Shown: one piece after another, positions 38,401-51,383 of the stretch
Numbering within the stretch: position 1 is the first letter of the stretch
Layout of the letters: each line of letters opens with the position of its first letter
Origin: Rhizophagus irregularis
Taxonomy: Eukaryota
Direction of reading: 5' to 3'
NCBI RefSeq assembly: GCF_026210795.1
Contig: NC_089432.1
Location: 1,798,001 to 1,862,000 of the forward strand
Length of the DNA stretch: 64,000 nucleotides
Translations under genes and position numbers: made by a program
The notes under the pieces: generated by a model
What the model saw: only the letters and a program-made list of their open reading frames with translations
Databases searched by the model: none
Told to the model about the DNA's origin: nothing

Positions 38401-39932
38401 GGATAAGGATAAACTGTAAAAAAGTAATAGTACAGTATATCACGTAAATATAATCAAAATTTTAATGGTACCTTTATTTCACTTAAAACTGGTCTAATAC
38501 CACCACGCAACACCACGCAACCAATGACGACGCTGGTTTTGTGGAGGTGAAGAAGTTATTGGTAGAAGAGGGGTCTCAGGACTTATATTATCAATTCTAA
38601 AGAGTCCATATTATAATTTTGTGTAGGACGAGAAAGAAGTGCGTTTTCCCCTTGGTCCATTTTATAAAAAAATAAAAATAAAAAATAAATAAACTTCAAG
38701 CATGGTTCTATACTCAAATTGGTAAGGTTTTCAGTCTACAAATTACTAATAATGTTTTTAATTGTCTTACCTGTTACAGATGATCAGCACTATTATAGTA
38801 ACACACGCATCAATCGCATCATGTGAACGATCTTATGATGCAAAATTACAAAATCGTGCACATTATAGTATTACCGAGTTTAAAGGTATTTAACCGTAAT
38901 TAACTTATAATAAGATAAAGTAATTTTTATATTAAATTACAAGTATTCATGAAAGAAGTTACAATCGGATGATTCCGTAACCGGGACAATCCAGGTCATA
39001 TGGGCGGTCAAAGGTTATATGTTTTAAATTTTAATTCGTCCTCAAATAAGAAGTTCATTAAAAGTTAATTTTCAAACCAGTTTCAAACCAGGTTTTAGCT
39101 TCTGGTTAGACATAATTTGAGCAAAGAACAGTTTACGTTATGAAGTTCTATGAATAGAACATTTTAGATGTAATGAATAATTTGTATTTCATGGATTAAG
39201 AAGTTAAACAAATTCTTTTTCTTTTTTTTTGCGTTTACTTGTTTAAAAAAAATATTTTTATGGGAATTCGGAATTCCATCCGAGTATATCAAAGTGTCGA
39301 TCATAAATTCTAGACTCATTAAATTTGATAAAAAAAACCAGCCACATAATTTCCAAAAAAAAAATCGAAATCTCAACTATGTTGGCTGAAAAAAATAAAG
39401 CATTTATTTTTCGTGCATATAATGCAATATCCTAGATATTGATTTACAGTTCATTTGATTTAATTATTTTAATTGAATATCTATTTAAATTTTATATGTA
39501 TATTTAATAATATTCAAAAACTTAAAACAATCTTAGTAAAAATATTAAAAGTAAATAAGGATTTCTCGTTAAACTAATAAATAATAAAATTTGTTAAAGC
39601 TTAATTGAATTTTGTGTTAAAATCTTAAAAATTCATAATTAGTTACATAACAATACTCGAGAAATATTTATTAGTACATTATGATGAAATTAAGTGTGAT
39701 TCCTCATACATGATGACAACGAAAAAAAAAACGAAGTTAGAAAAAGAAAATTCGGTTATAATAATCAGCGTTAAAAGAATCGGAAAATATTTTTCTTTTT
39801 AATCTAGGCCAATTTTTTCTTAACATAATTTTACTAATAATTTTGGTAGAAGCCAATTTAATATAATTTTTTACACCAAAAGTCGAATAATACGTAATAC
39901 GAATATGAAAATATTTTTGTCGAAGCTCAAAA

Positions 39933-40586
39933 TTATTGAGTTGTCAACCCATTTGTATCCTGGTGAGTAATGTGATCATTGCTTGGCAAATCACTATCAA
40001 TATAATTTTGATTGTCTGTCATTGATGAAACAGTTTGTGTTATCATTTCATGATTCCCAACGTCATTATGAAGTGAATTCGTGTTTCTATCACAGAGCAT
40101 TCGATAATAAAGTTTTTGTTTCAAATTATGTTCAAGAATGAATTTTTGATCTAGAGATAATGGTTTTATATCAAAATTCATTCCACACATTTCATTATTC
40201 AAAATGTTTTCCACTAAGGAGTATTGAAGTAATTTACAAGTAACATGATATCTTATAGAGGGATATTTTGGATGCTGGTAAAAAAATTCATGATCATAAT
40301 GATTATGATCATTAAAAGAATCTTGTAAAATGATTTTACAAATTACAAGATAAAAATTGACATCATTTTGCGAAAAATAATAAAACTTTAAATAATTTAA
40401 AACTTGCAAAATATGTGCTGCTACATCGAAAGTAGTAAAGTTACATGATGTATTAGACATGCCGGTCATATTTCCATGAGACGTTATTGAAGATTCTTGA
40501 CTTGGCGTAGTTTGTTGAATTGCAGTAGAAAAATCAAATGATTCACCAGTTTCAATGGCGGAATTAACGATTGTTGTAAATTTCAT
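39933..40586 (-). CDS. Hypothetical protein (217 aa)
   Basis: Clean ATG-initiated ORF in AT-rich DNA with an internal duplicated motif, FYY..FYLVICKII / FFY..RYHVTCKLL. Confidence 0.65.
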   Translation of the reverse strand: MKFTTIVNSAIETGESFDFSTAIQQTTPSQESSITSHGNMTGMSNTSCNFTTFDVAAHILQVLNYLKFYYFSQNDVNFYLVICKIILQDSFNDHNHYDHEFFYQHPKYPSIRYHVTCKLLQYSLVENILNNEMCGMNFDIKPLSLDQKFILEHNLKQKLYYRMLCDRNTNSLHNDVGNHEMITQTVSSMTDNQNYIDSDLPSNDHITHQDTNGLTTQ

Positions 40587-42699
40587 AGTCTTTATGTGAA
40601 ATAGTCAGTTACAGTATATCTCTTAAAATATAAAAATACACTACTCGAAGAGTAATCTATTACATAAAAATGTAATGGAAAATAAAGAATTTTTTTTTTT
40701 AGGTGTTTATATACAAAAGAAAATAATTCCAGACCCTATAAAAAATTTTGAGAAAAAAGATCACGTGGCTGAGTTTCTTCGGATTCCCTTTTATAATAAA
40801 TTATTGATAGGTGAAACCATCAACTATACCAGCACCTATAGCGATAACATTTTTAATGCACCACATAATTCAACCCCTAAAACGTCATCGACTATACCAA
40901 CTTTAAAATATTTTGTTTCAAATAATCGATTATTAAATAATTCTCCTTCTATAAACAGGAAAATGATCATTTATCGGAGTTTTTTCCAGATTTTTTTTTA
41001 TGAGGAGATAAAAATAATATTTATACACTTTAATTGAAAAAAAAACAAGGAGTTATATTTCCGGTGTAACGAACCGGTGTTTAAACGGAACTATAATTGT
41101 GAAATGATGTTTTTATCTAGACTAATTATTTTCTAAATATTCATGCTAAAGATTGATAATAATTTGAAATAAATCCGACGAATTGCAGTTTGTCTTTTCA
41201 GATCAAAAAAAAAAAGAAATTATATTATCGCTTGTTTTCCTTTTTTTTTTTAGTATAAACTTTATTTCTTAGATCACGAGAGATATTTGAGGGGATACAT
41301 CATATGCATTAGTCATCCGCTCTGTAAGAGTTATTAGCCAACGGAAATAAAATAAACAAGCCATTTGGCTTTTTTTATTAAATTATGATATAATAAAACT
41401 TTAGTTAGTCATCGTAATTGATTTGGTAAGTTTTGCAAAAAGTAAAATTTTGCTGATCTAATTGTATAACATTCGCTGAAGATAGCGGATTTTGACACAG
41501 ACATGTCTTCCATTTGAATACAATAAGTACTTCATATTGTTTTATCGTGTCTGTTTAAATAAAAGGATTATTTTTTTTTTATTTGAATTTCTTTAAATAT
41601 TTTTGTTTTAGTACTATCTCGATATCATTTCGTTGACCTAAAAAAAGTATTAATTGGAATATTTAAAATATAAAGAATTCCAACAAGAACTTCTATCCAT
41701 TAGAAATATCATATCAAGGTACTAAAATTTATACTTGAACTTTGCATGAAATACTTTTCCGTTACGCCACAACGGAACGGCACAACCTCAAATCCCAAAA
41801 AACCAAATTTATTACCATTTACAGAGTATTTGTCACATAATGGGGTCCTGCACAAGACAGTACAACTTCAAATCTAGGGATAAAGGATAAATTTAAAAAA
41901 AAACAAAAGCTTACTTATGCATATCGGATAACCCCTGAAGTTTGTACTACATAAAATGATATAAATAATATAAATATTTAATGTAACATTAAATTCGTGC
42001 ATTAAGAATTATAACTTAATAGATATTTTGATTATTTATTAAAATAGTAAAGATTAACAAAGATATTCGAAACTTTAAACTTTAATAGGTATTTTAATTA
42101 TTTTAAATAGTAAAGATTAACAAATATAATCGAAACTTTAATCTATTTTTATTTTTATTAGAACAATAAAAGCAGGATAGCTCATTCAATATTAACAATG
42201 ATAACAATATGGGCTAAGTTTACATTGTCTTTTGAGATATAAAATCATAACAGATTATGATTAACCTTGTTGTATCACAAATAATATTTCCACGTTTTTA
42301 TTTTGACGTATATTCATACAATTGGCTTAGATTGTTATTACTCTTGATCGGAGTGAACGAAAAGTTATCAAATTTTTCGTAAAAAATTGTGTGGATTACA
42401 TAATTAATTACATAACAACACCCGATGAGAATTTACCATAATTGTTAATATTACGATTTTAAGTTTGTGATCTTTTGATTTTTACAAGAACGAATAAAAC
42501 GAAATTCGGAGGAACAAAGGAAAGGCATTTCTAGTATAACGAACCGCATTAAACGGAAATAAAGGAAGTATTTTCGATAAAGGCCAATTTTTTCTTACCG
42601 TAATTTTACTAACGATAGTATTTATATTCATGCAGAAGATGAATGATAACGAATTGGCGATACGATAAACGATGTATGTTCCCTTTTACATTATTCAAT

Positions 42700-44131
42700 A
42701 TAGAAAAGATTCCGAAAAATTTAATGGTCGTCTGTAGTATATAGCTTTGAGAATTTAATTTCTTCAGATGTCAAATTGGTTAGATAAACCCGACGGATCA
42801 GGATCGTCGCATATTGCCGTGACTTAATTTCCTAAACGTTCGTAAAGTTGAGATGGTTTACTATTGATGGAGTTCCATTAACCATATTCGGTCTGGTTCC
42901 TGAACAATTCTCGATTAATATATTTCCAGTATAAAATATTAATATATGGAATATAATGTGCGACTAAAATAAATGGTATTTTCATGACACGGTATAATAT
43001 TAAATCTTAAATTATCTCTATTTGCGAATTTAGCTTCTGCGACAATAAATTGATTTGATAATTCGGATGGATCAGGGTCATCACAAATTGCTATAAACCA
43101 ATTTCTTAAATATTCGCAAAGTTGAGATGCTGTTGGTCTATTGGATGGATCAGCATCTAAACACTGTAACATTAATTTAGTGAAAATGGGTGGAGTTCCA
43201 CCAACTATATTCGGTCTCGATCCTGAGCAAATCTCTTGTATAAGTTGTATCTAAATAAGGGCGTACAACAGCTGATAACATCCATATGATTATGCCGAAG
43301 CTATATATGTCAGACTCTTTGGTTCCATGTAAATGCCCGCCGTGGATGAGACCACGTTCATGAATAAAATTAAGACCAGCTGATATAGCCCATAACATAT
43401 CTACAATATCTCTTCAGCAAAGGACTCACATGGATTCGTTCAAGATACGAATATAAATCTCCATTTTCATAATATCTCATAACGAACATGTAACACGATG
43501 TCGGATCTTTAGTCATGCCAAAATAACCTGCAAGCGATCCACTTTGCAGACATTTATAACATCTGCATAACTTTTCAAATAAAACTAATAAACTTTAATT
43601 TAAATTTATAATATTTATAATTAAGATTAGCCAATAACAAAAATTTTCAGCCATTTGGCGTTTTTATTTATATACTTACTTGATTTAGAAAATCTTGATT
43701 TATGTTCTGAGAATTATCTAATCGCTTTAATATGACCTTAATTGGACCATTACGAGTCCATACTTCAGCTTCTTCGCCCAAATTCCAAGTTGGTCCTTCC
43801 ATCCATATTGCAGAATAAATCGAACTAAAAGCGCCTCGTTTATTAGTATCCTCAATCAGATCGAATTGATCAAATTTTCAATCCATTCAAGGTAGTCTGT
43901 GCTATCGTTTGCATTTAATTGGGTATATTGGATGAATTCATCTATCATAGAGTTTCCACTGGTCCAACTGTGAAATTTTTCTTTCAAATTTGCAATATCA
44001 CAATTTTTGCACCACGAAGCAGAAGTTCGCTGCCTTTTACAATCCGAACAACTTCCGCATGATAGAGCTTTATTATTTGCACTATTTATAGCAGAATCCC
44101 GAGACCCAGAGGTCGGGTCAAACAAACGCAT
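42700..44131 (-). pseudogene. TKL kinase pseudogene with Cys-rich N-terminus (different subfamily), plus a second C-terminal remnant
   Basis: Reads CSDC..WCKNC..WTSGNSMIDEFIQYTQ..YLEWI, RGAFSSIYSA, VILK and DIYSFG, with frameshifts and deletion of the DFG-APE segment. A second DDPDPS-type tail lies at ~42700-42925. Confidence 0.85.
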
Positions 44132-44224
44132 GACCTCCAGCTTTGTTTTTTTCTTTATTTTCTTTTTTGGTAAAAATTGCTTTTACAATTATTCCTTTTT
44201 TTTTCTTTCGAAAATATATATATA

Positions 44225-45169
44225 CACTACCCGGCAAAAAGTCAGTAGGCAACTGTAAATTTCAATAATCGTTACGAAAATATCCTTCTATATAAAGTTT
44301 AATTTTTTAATAATTAACCCGTCTTTTGTATAATAAGTAAAGTTAATCATCTAGTTGAATTGTACTTGTTCTAAAAATTACATGAATTTTTGGAAAAATT
44401 TGATTGAAATATTTTATATTTATCAAATAAATCAGATTTTAAATGGAATTATTTGAGTATAACGTAACATGAAAAAATTTGTTTTACCATACTTCATTTT
44501 TTAAATAAAAATGTTTATCGAAACTTTTAGCATATTATTACGAAGTATCATCAAAATCAATGAAATGATCAACAAGTTATATTCATTTGACTGAATTTGC
44601 CGATCATTTATCGATCATTACCAAATTAACTACCAAAATTTTAGCATTAACTAATGAATTAAATTCGGCCCAATTTTTTTTATGAAAACTTGAGATTTTG
44701 ATTATTATTTCTAACTTTTTTTATTGAAACCAGAACTCAAGCTCATAATTTGTTCTTTAGTTAATATCTTGTAAAAAACTAATAGGTGCAAGTCATCTTT
44801 GTTAAATATGTGTAACTTACAGACTATTTCGCTGATTTTGAAGATACTTTGCAATAATATGCTAAAAATTTTGATAAACAGTTTATTTAAAAATGAAGCG
44901 TAAATTAAGCAAAATTTTTTTAATGTTATATTATACCTAAATACTTGCCGTTAAAAATCTGATTTATTTAATAAATTATAGAATATTACAATCAATTTTT
45001 TTCAGAAGCTCATGTAATTTTTAGAGTAGGTGCAATTCAACTCAATGATCAACTTCACTTATTACACAAAGGACAGGTTAATTATTAAAAAAAAAACTTT
45101 ATTTAGAAGGATATTTTCGTAACGATTATTGAAATTTACGGTTGCCTACTGACTTTTTTCCGGGTAGTG
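44225..45169. mobile_element. Non-autonomous CACTA element with long TIRs
   Basis: Termini CACTACCCGG...CCGGGTAGTG; inverted similarity extends about 200 bp; inserted in a (TA)n tract. Confidence 0.88.
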
Positions 45170-46180
45170 TATATATATAAGGAGGCTCTGAAAGCCCCGA
45201 CATCCTCAATCATATAGAATTTATACGTAAAACAAATAATAATGCAAAAAATCGTTCTTTGGGCTAACAATTTGTATCTATTTTATATTGTTCGAGCCGG
45301 ATTAAGTAAAATTCGGATCAAACAAAAATTTTAATGGTTTGACACATTATTAACATTTACATGTACGTAGATGCATGAGTTTTGGCAAAATTTCTGAAAC
45401 GTGGATGATCTTAGTAATGTAATACCGTGACTTACCTAGTGAATTTATTATTTGTGAGGCACAGCATTATATTTAGTTTTAGTATATAAATTTTTATAGT
45501 ATTTTATTTAATGAGGTCCGGAATGACCTTAAACTATCAAACATGTTCGATTAAAGGACCTATCATAACTCCGGGATGTGTAATGTTCTTGTTACTTTTA
45601 TTTTTAGACATAGGAATGAAGATCACTTTAGAAATGGGGGTTTAATTAACATAGGGAATAATGTAAAAGGTCTTAGACGAAATATCTCGATGAAGGGTAT
45701 GAAATATTATTTTCAGAGGGGGAACTTTGAAAGGGTATCAGTTTGTCAGGAGAAGAGCCTGAGGGTATGAGAATTAGGAGATTTCAAAAGAGGAGAACGT
45801 AATTTATTTTATGGACATTTTGATGAAAATCATTTCTATTTAGGAATATTGACAAACCAAGCATTTATTATATTTGTGTAGTTAATGCGGAATTACGTAA
45901 TTACCTCTGAATTAAACTACATTAACTACATTTTAACTTTGAAAAAACTATCTTTAGGTCGCATTTTACGTGTGAATATTGAATGGACAACATTTTTAAA
46001 CAATAACGCAAATTCGACTATTTCAGTCGTCAAAATATAATATTTTCCGAAAATACGTTACTAAAATTATTTAAATTGTGATTAATTTTATTTAATACTT
46101 TATATTTACCCCTTTTGTATCAAACCACTTAAAATTTGGGACCGTTTTAATTTATATCTAAATCCCATTTTTTTTCCTGA

Positions 46181-46369
46181 TAAGGCCGGGCAAAAAAAAG
46201 TTTAGATTCTCGTGACCCGGCCGGGTCAGTTTTTCGAAAAATGGAAATTTTTTTTTTATAGAAAAAATTTTTATCACGTGATTTTAAGTTTTTGGCCCGT
46301 AAAAAAATTTACATATGAAAAAATTTTTACATATATAGCGTTATTCTTAAAATTTTTTTGCCCGGTCTA
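46181..46369. mobile_element. MITE
   Basis: TIR ggccgggcaaaaaaa / tttttttgcccggtc; no clear TSD. Confidence 0.55.
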
Positions 46370-47117
46370 ATCATTGTCATCTTGATTTCATAGAACGCAT
46401 CACATTACATGAAAAAGAATATTGTATCTAAGATGTACTTCATTATTTAAATTTTATTACACGCGCCTCAGAGATAGTAAAATTCAATAAGCGAGATAAA
46501 ATTTTTTTTCTTAGACAATGTTTATTTATTTTTTATTTTTTTAAAAAGCACAATCAAATTAATATTTCAAATTTTTTGGGAATTTTACGTGCTGTTTTTG
46601 TGTTTTATCAAAAAAAAAAAAAAGATGAAAAAATGATCAAAATTATATTATTGAATTTTCTTAAGGATAAACTTCGGAGCCTTAATTGTTATCGGCCGTA
46701 GTGTTCCGACCCGTTAACCGTTAATCCGGATTAGTATCGGATATCCCGTTTGAAATTTTTACTAGAGGAAGAAATGAAAATGAAGAAGAAAGAAAAGTCG
46801 ATTTAGTTTGATATCTAGGTTGTTAAAAAAAAAAATTTTTTTTAATTGTAATTGTCTTATTTTTGTGTATCTTAAAATAATTTAATAAAAAAAAACAATG
46901 ATTAGTGGTACGATGAGATAAGCGTTGTGGAACTTTCTTTGTGGTTATGCTTTTAGCACAGAGATTATGTAATGATTACTCATTTTATAAATAGTATGCG
47001 GTAGTCACCTTTTCGTTATATTTTTAATTAGATTAAGTTGATGTGTGGCGACTTCGTCACCACCAGAAAGTTGTTGAAAATTATATGTGATTAGGCCTTT
47101 ATTCATGATTATTTTAT

Positions 47118-47543
47118 TAGGTATTGCTAAATCTCACCAGTGGTGATTATCACCATCGGTGATTGCCTAATTCCGGCCAAAAATTACAATTTGGCCGGAG
47201 TTAAAAAATACTGATCGCAAAATTTTAACTTAAATAATAAATATGTTAACAAATATTGATTTGATGTTAACCATGACAAAATTTTAAAATTTTTGTTAAA
47301 AAAAAAACTTTTAGTAAAGTGAAAAAATTAAAAAATTAAAATTTTGCATTTTTCTCAAAAATTATCTGATAAACAGCCTTTTTGACCTTTAGACAGATCT
47401 CTTGCAAATTTACATATAAAATAAATGTGTAATATGTGTAGTTGATTATTTAATTTAATATTAATCTTATAAAATTCAAGAAATCAGACTAGTGAAAATC
47501 ACCAAAGGTGACAATCACCACTGGTGACATTTTACATTCTCTA
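47118..47543. mobile_element. MITE related to the tcacc/ggtga family at 21600
   Basis: TIR tcaccagtggtgattatcaccatcggtgatt / aatcaccaaaggtgacaatcaccactggtga; exact termini uncertain. Confidence 0.7.
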
Positions 47544-48049
47544 TTTTATTTACTATAAAAAAAATAAATAATAGCAATTTATTTATTTTATTTATAAAAT
47601 TGATAAATTTTTGCAATTATAAAATTTCCAAAATCTGGTTAACAACTGATTATTATGATCAGAAAAAGTTGCCAATTAGTCATCGGTAAATATGCTGATC
47701 TACAAAATTTTCCAAATCAGCTATTAGTCACCAGGTGATCTGCCATTCTTTTTTTTTTATTTAACTTTAATTCATAAAAAAAATTACAGCCCTCTTCAGA
47801 TTCAGTATCAGAATCAGGATCTGAATCTGAATCAGATACTAAATATAAATAAATACAATATAACAATGAATGGTCATTTAGGTCAAAAATGATAAACATA
47901 TATAAAATTTCATTTTTTTAAGGTAACACTATGTTAAATAAAATTGATTCTTCCATGAATCGGCTTTGGTATAATGCATGACGCAATATAATTTTGACAA
48001 TACAAAAATTTCATTCTTTCATCTCGTACAGATTAAAAATAATTGATTT

Positions 48050-48600
48050 GTCTTTATTTTCTACATACCTCATTTATCGTTATATGGGATATTTTTTTGA
48101 TCAACATAAAGCTTGTGCTACGTTTTATAGTTAACATACGATGAAAGGACAAATAAGGACTGGTGAAAATCATTGATCAAATATAAAAAGCTTTATCCTA
48201 TTCATTTTCTACATACCTCATTTATCGTTATATGGGATATTTTTTTGATCGACATAAAGTTTAAAGGTCATATAATGGACTGGTGACAATCATTGATCAG
48301 ATATAAAAATCTTTATTCTAAGATAAATAAAATATCTTCATTTATCATTATATGGAGTTTGTGCTACGTTTTATAGTTAACATACGATGAAAGGTCATAT
48401 AATGACAAATAAGGACTGGTGACAATCATTGATCAAATTTATTCTCTATAAATAAAATAGATTTATCTTCATTTTCTACATACCTCATTTATCATTATAT
48501 GGAATATTTTTTGGTCAACATTAACATACGATGAAAGGCCATAAAATGACAAATAAGGACTGGTGACAATCATTGATCAACTATAAAAATCTTTATTCTA
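48050..48600 (+). repeat. About 4 degenerate tandem units (~120-150 bp) upstream of a kinase
   Basis: ggactggtga(c/a)aatcattgatca occurs four times; ctacatacctcatttatc occurs three times. Confidence 0.85.
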
Positions 48601-48648
48601 AAGATAATTAATTCTCTCAAGTTTGTATCTTAAATTACTAACGTCGAA

Positions 48649-49450
48649 ATGCAAAACTCTGACAACAATAATAAAAGTGACTGGATTGAAGAAGCAATCG
48701 CAAAAGAATATCTTAAATATTACGAATATAAGAATTTTAGTGACGTGAAAAAAATTGGTGGCGGAGAATTCGTAAAAGTATATCATGCAAGATGGAAAAA
48801 CACTGAACAATATTTTGCATTAAAATCTTTCAAAAATTCAAATTCAGAAGATCCAAAACAAAACGAAATCACCATAAAGGAAATTGTTGATGAGGTAATT
48901 TTAAACACAAGGAAAAATATTAATTTATATTTCAATATTTATAAAATTAATTCAAATTTATGTTTGCGATCTAGCTTAAAGTTCAAAGAGATGTAGTTTT
49001 TCATGATAATATTATAAAATTTTATGGTATAACCGTTTCAAAAAAAGGTATATTTAATAATGCTGAGGTTTTTATCCTAGATTTAATTTAATACGTAAAT
49101 GAGAGATAAAATTAGCTGATTTTGGATGCTCACGTCTGCAAGGGGATAAAGTATCTACTAGACGTGGCACATGGATCCTAAATTTTTTATGATTTTTGTG
49201 ATCTACCCGAAAAATTTGACATATAGTACAGTTTGGCATTAGTGTTCTGGGAATTGACAAGCTGTAAATCACCTTTCGATTATGAAACGAAAAACAATGA
49301 TTACCAAATCATGCTTGAAATTCATGATGGTAAAAGAGAGAATCCTATACCAAACACAAATAGTAAATTTACAAAAGTGAGTATAAAATTATTGCGAATT
49401 ATTCCTTTGGAATTACATCTAATCTTATTGAACAATAAATAGAATGTTTG
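48649..49450 (+). pseudogene. Chimeric truncated kinase pseudogene
   Basis: Exons 1-2 are near-identical to the gene starting at 57940(-). It then jumps to KLADFGCSRLQG..VFWELTSCKSPF of another subfamily and is frameshifted. Confidence 0.8.
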
Positions 49451-49687
49451 AAAATCGTTACATATACTGTCATCAGTGAATCATAATGCAGGCCAAAATC
49501 CAATTCTTGCCAGCATTATGCAAACTCCAAATAGTAATATTAAAATGTCATGTGACTTGGATGGAACCTTTAGGTTACACTGGTATTAATTCTGGCCAAC
49601 ACTATAAATTTGGCTGAAGTTAACGTAAAGTATCGGTACATCTTACTGTGTATTAATTATAAAGGGGCAAAGAAAAGTATCGGTATA

Positions 49688-50970
49688 CGCCCCAACAAAA
49701 AGAGGAAAAGGGCGCGAGCACAACAGGTTAAAAATGGGACGATCTACGTAACCGAGTTAGGAGCGATTGGCGATGACGATAAAGATCGTCTGGAAAAACA
49801 TTTTACCGATAGGTCACGTGACATCACGTTTTACGATATACCAGCATATTGGAGCGACGATGAAATTTTTCAGCAATTAAGGGATAATGTAGGTTTTGTG
49901 GAATACATGAGGACTAAGAAATGTTATAAATACAAGACCGTTAGAGTGACGCTGCGTTTCAGCAATGAATACGAAAAGATATACAAAGAGGGTGGCGTGA
50001 ACGTGCCTTTAACAAGAAATGGTCGACAATATTTTATTAGAATGTTTGACTCGCGATTATCTTATAGAAACGTTAAAGAAAAATTTCGTTGGCAAGCGGT
50101 CAAACGATTGGATTCTGATGTTCAGAAAGACGATGTACTAGTGATAAAAGAATATATAAAAACCTACAAGGCTTTCTTTGGAAAAATCATTAGAGTTAAA
50201 GGGACGCGCTTTATTATTTTATATTTTATCAAGGAAATGGATTTGATGAACGCAATAAACGAATCGATAAAGAACAATGATCTAGGACAAAGCTTGTGGA
50301 TAAAGAAAGAATGTGATTACATCGATGAAAATGGAGAATTGCAAGAACTTAATAGATGATCGGATTATAAACGAGACGCCTCAAGATCAAATAGTTTTCG
50401 TATGGAGTGGAAACAACAAAGTGGCCCGTCTACACGCTTCGCTCCGTCAAGAAGACATAATCAATGGAGGTAAATTTGGATTTAACGGATGGAATCAAGA
50501 ATATACGACGATGAAAAAGATTAGAAAACTAAAAAAAAAAACATATTAAAATAGTCATAAAATAATTAAAAATAGGAAAATAACGGTAACGTATTTAGGA
50601 TAGTTAGTTTGAGAAATAATTTTTAGATAGTTTAGATTAGCATCATAAGTGATTTAGTCAAATATATTTTTAGCTTTTGTTAGAAGACGACACAACAAGG
50701 TATTCAGTCGTTCTGAAATTTTTAACGATAGCTCGACAAATAATTTTCTTTTTATATAGTATAATAGATATAGTAGTTTTAGAAATTCTTTGGTTACGCT
50801 TATTCGCGCCTCGGTTAGATAAACCGTTGGCTTTGATATGAAGGGATTCATTATTGAATGATAGTGAATTTCAATGTATTGTCGTTATAATTATTATGTA
50901 TTATGATGCGTTATATTTACTAATAAAATTAACTAAATACGTTTATCAAAAAAAAAAAAAAAAAAAAAAA
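49688..50970 (+). mobile_element. 5'-truncated poly(A) retroposon with a LINE ORF1-like frame and no ORF2
   Basis: 18-bp TSD aagaaaagtatcggtata (49670-49687, 50971-50988); AATAAA at 50922; poly(A) from 50948; intronless open frame 49688-50359. Confidence 0.85.
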
Positions 50971-51039
50971 AAGAAAAGTATCGGTATATGTTACAATTGT
51001 TATATCGTGAAACTATATATAATATCGGTACAATGAGGT

Positions 51040-51129
51040 TTTTTTATTAATTGTGAAACGGGACAGAAAAATTTCGGTACAGGCGAATTATCAGTACATA
51101 GGATATCGGTACATAGAGGTCTGACCGTA
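51040..51129. mobile_element. One end of a Tc1/pogo-like MITE that hosts the retroposon
   Basis: tcggtaca repeats on both sides of the insert; terminus ..agaggtctgaccg|ta; partner TIR not found. Confidence 0.45.
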
Positions 51130-51383
51130 TTACCATAAACCTATTAGAATCTTAAGGTTCCATTTATTTGTTTATTTGGATTCAAAGTTGCTTTTATCGA
51201 TTGGCGTAAAGATGCAATTCGGAGTTGTGGAAAATATCACATTTACTGTATAATGTAGATCGGCAATCGTCACACTACATGCCAGTCATTAATAAAGAGG
51301 CTTATTAAGGTTCAAACTTAATTTTCGCAACAAGAATTCAACAAACTCAACAATATTTTGAATCTATTACACCCATAACAGTT

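Noticed and set aside
42035..42140. Short local tandem duplications (also ~17270-17480 and ~21200-21595)
   Set aside because: Ordinary AT-rich duplications with no further structure.
48050..48600. CRISPR-like repeat spacing
   Set aside because: The intervening sequences are themselves repeated, there are no cas genes and the context is eukaryotic.
49610..49687. N-terminal 26 aa of the 249-aa ORF
   Set aside because: TTG start lies in flank and TSD outside the insert; a chance in-frame extension.
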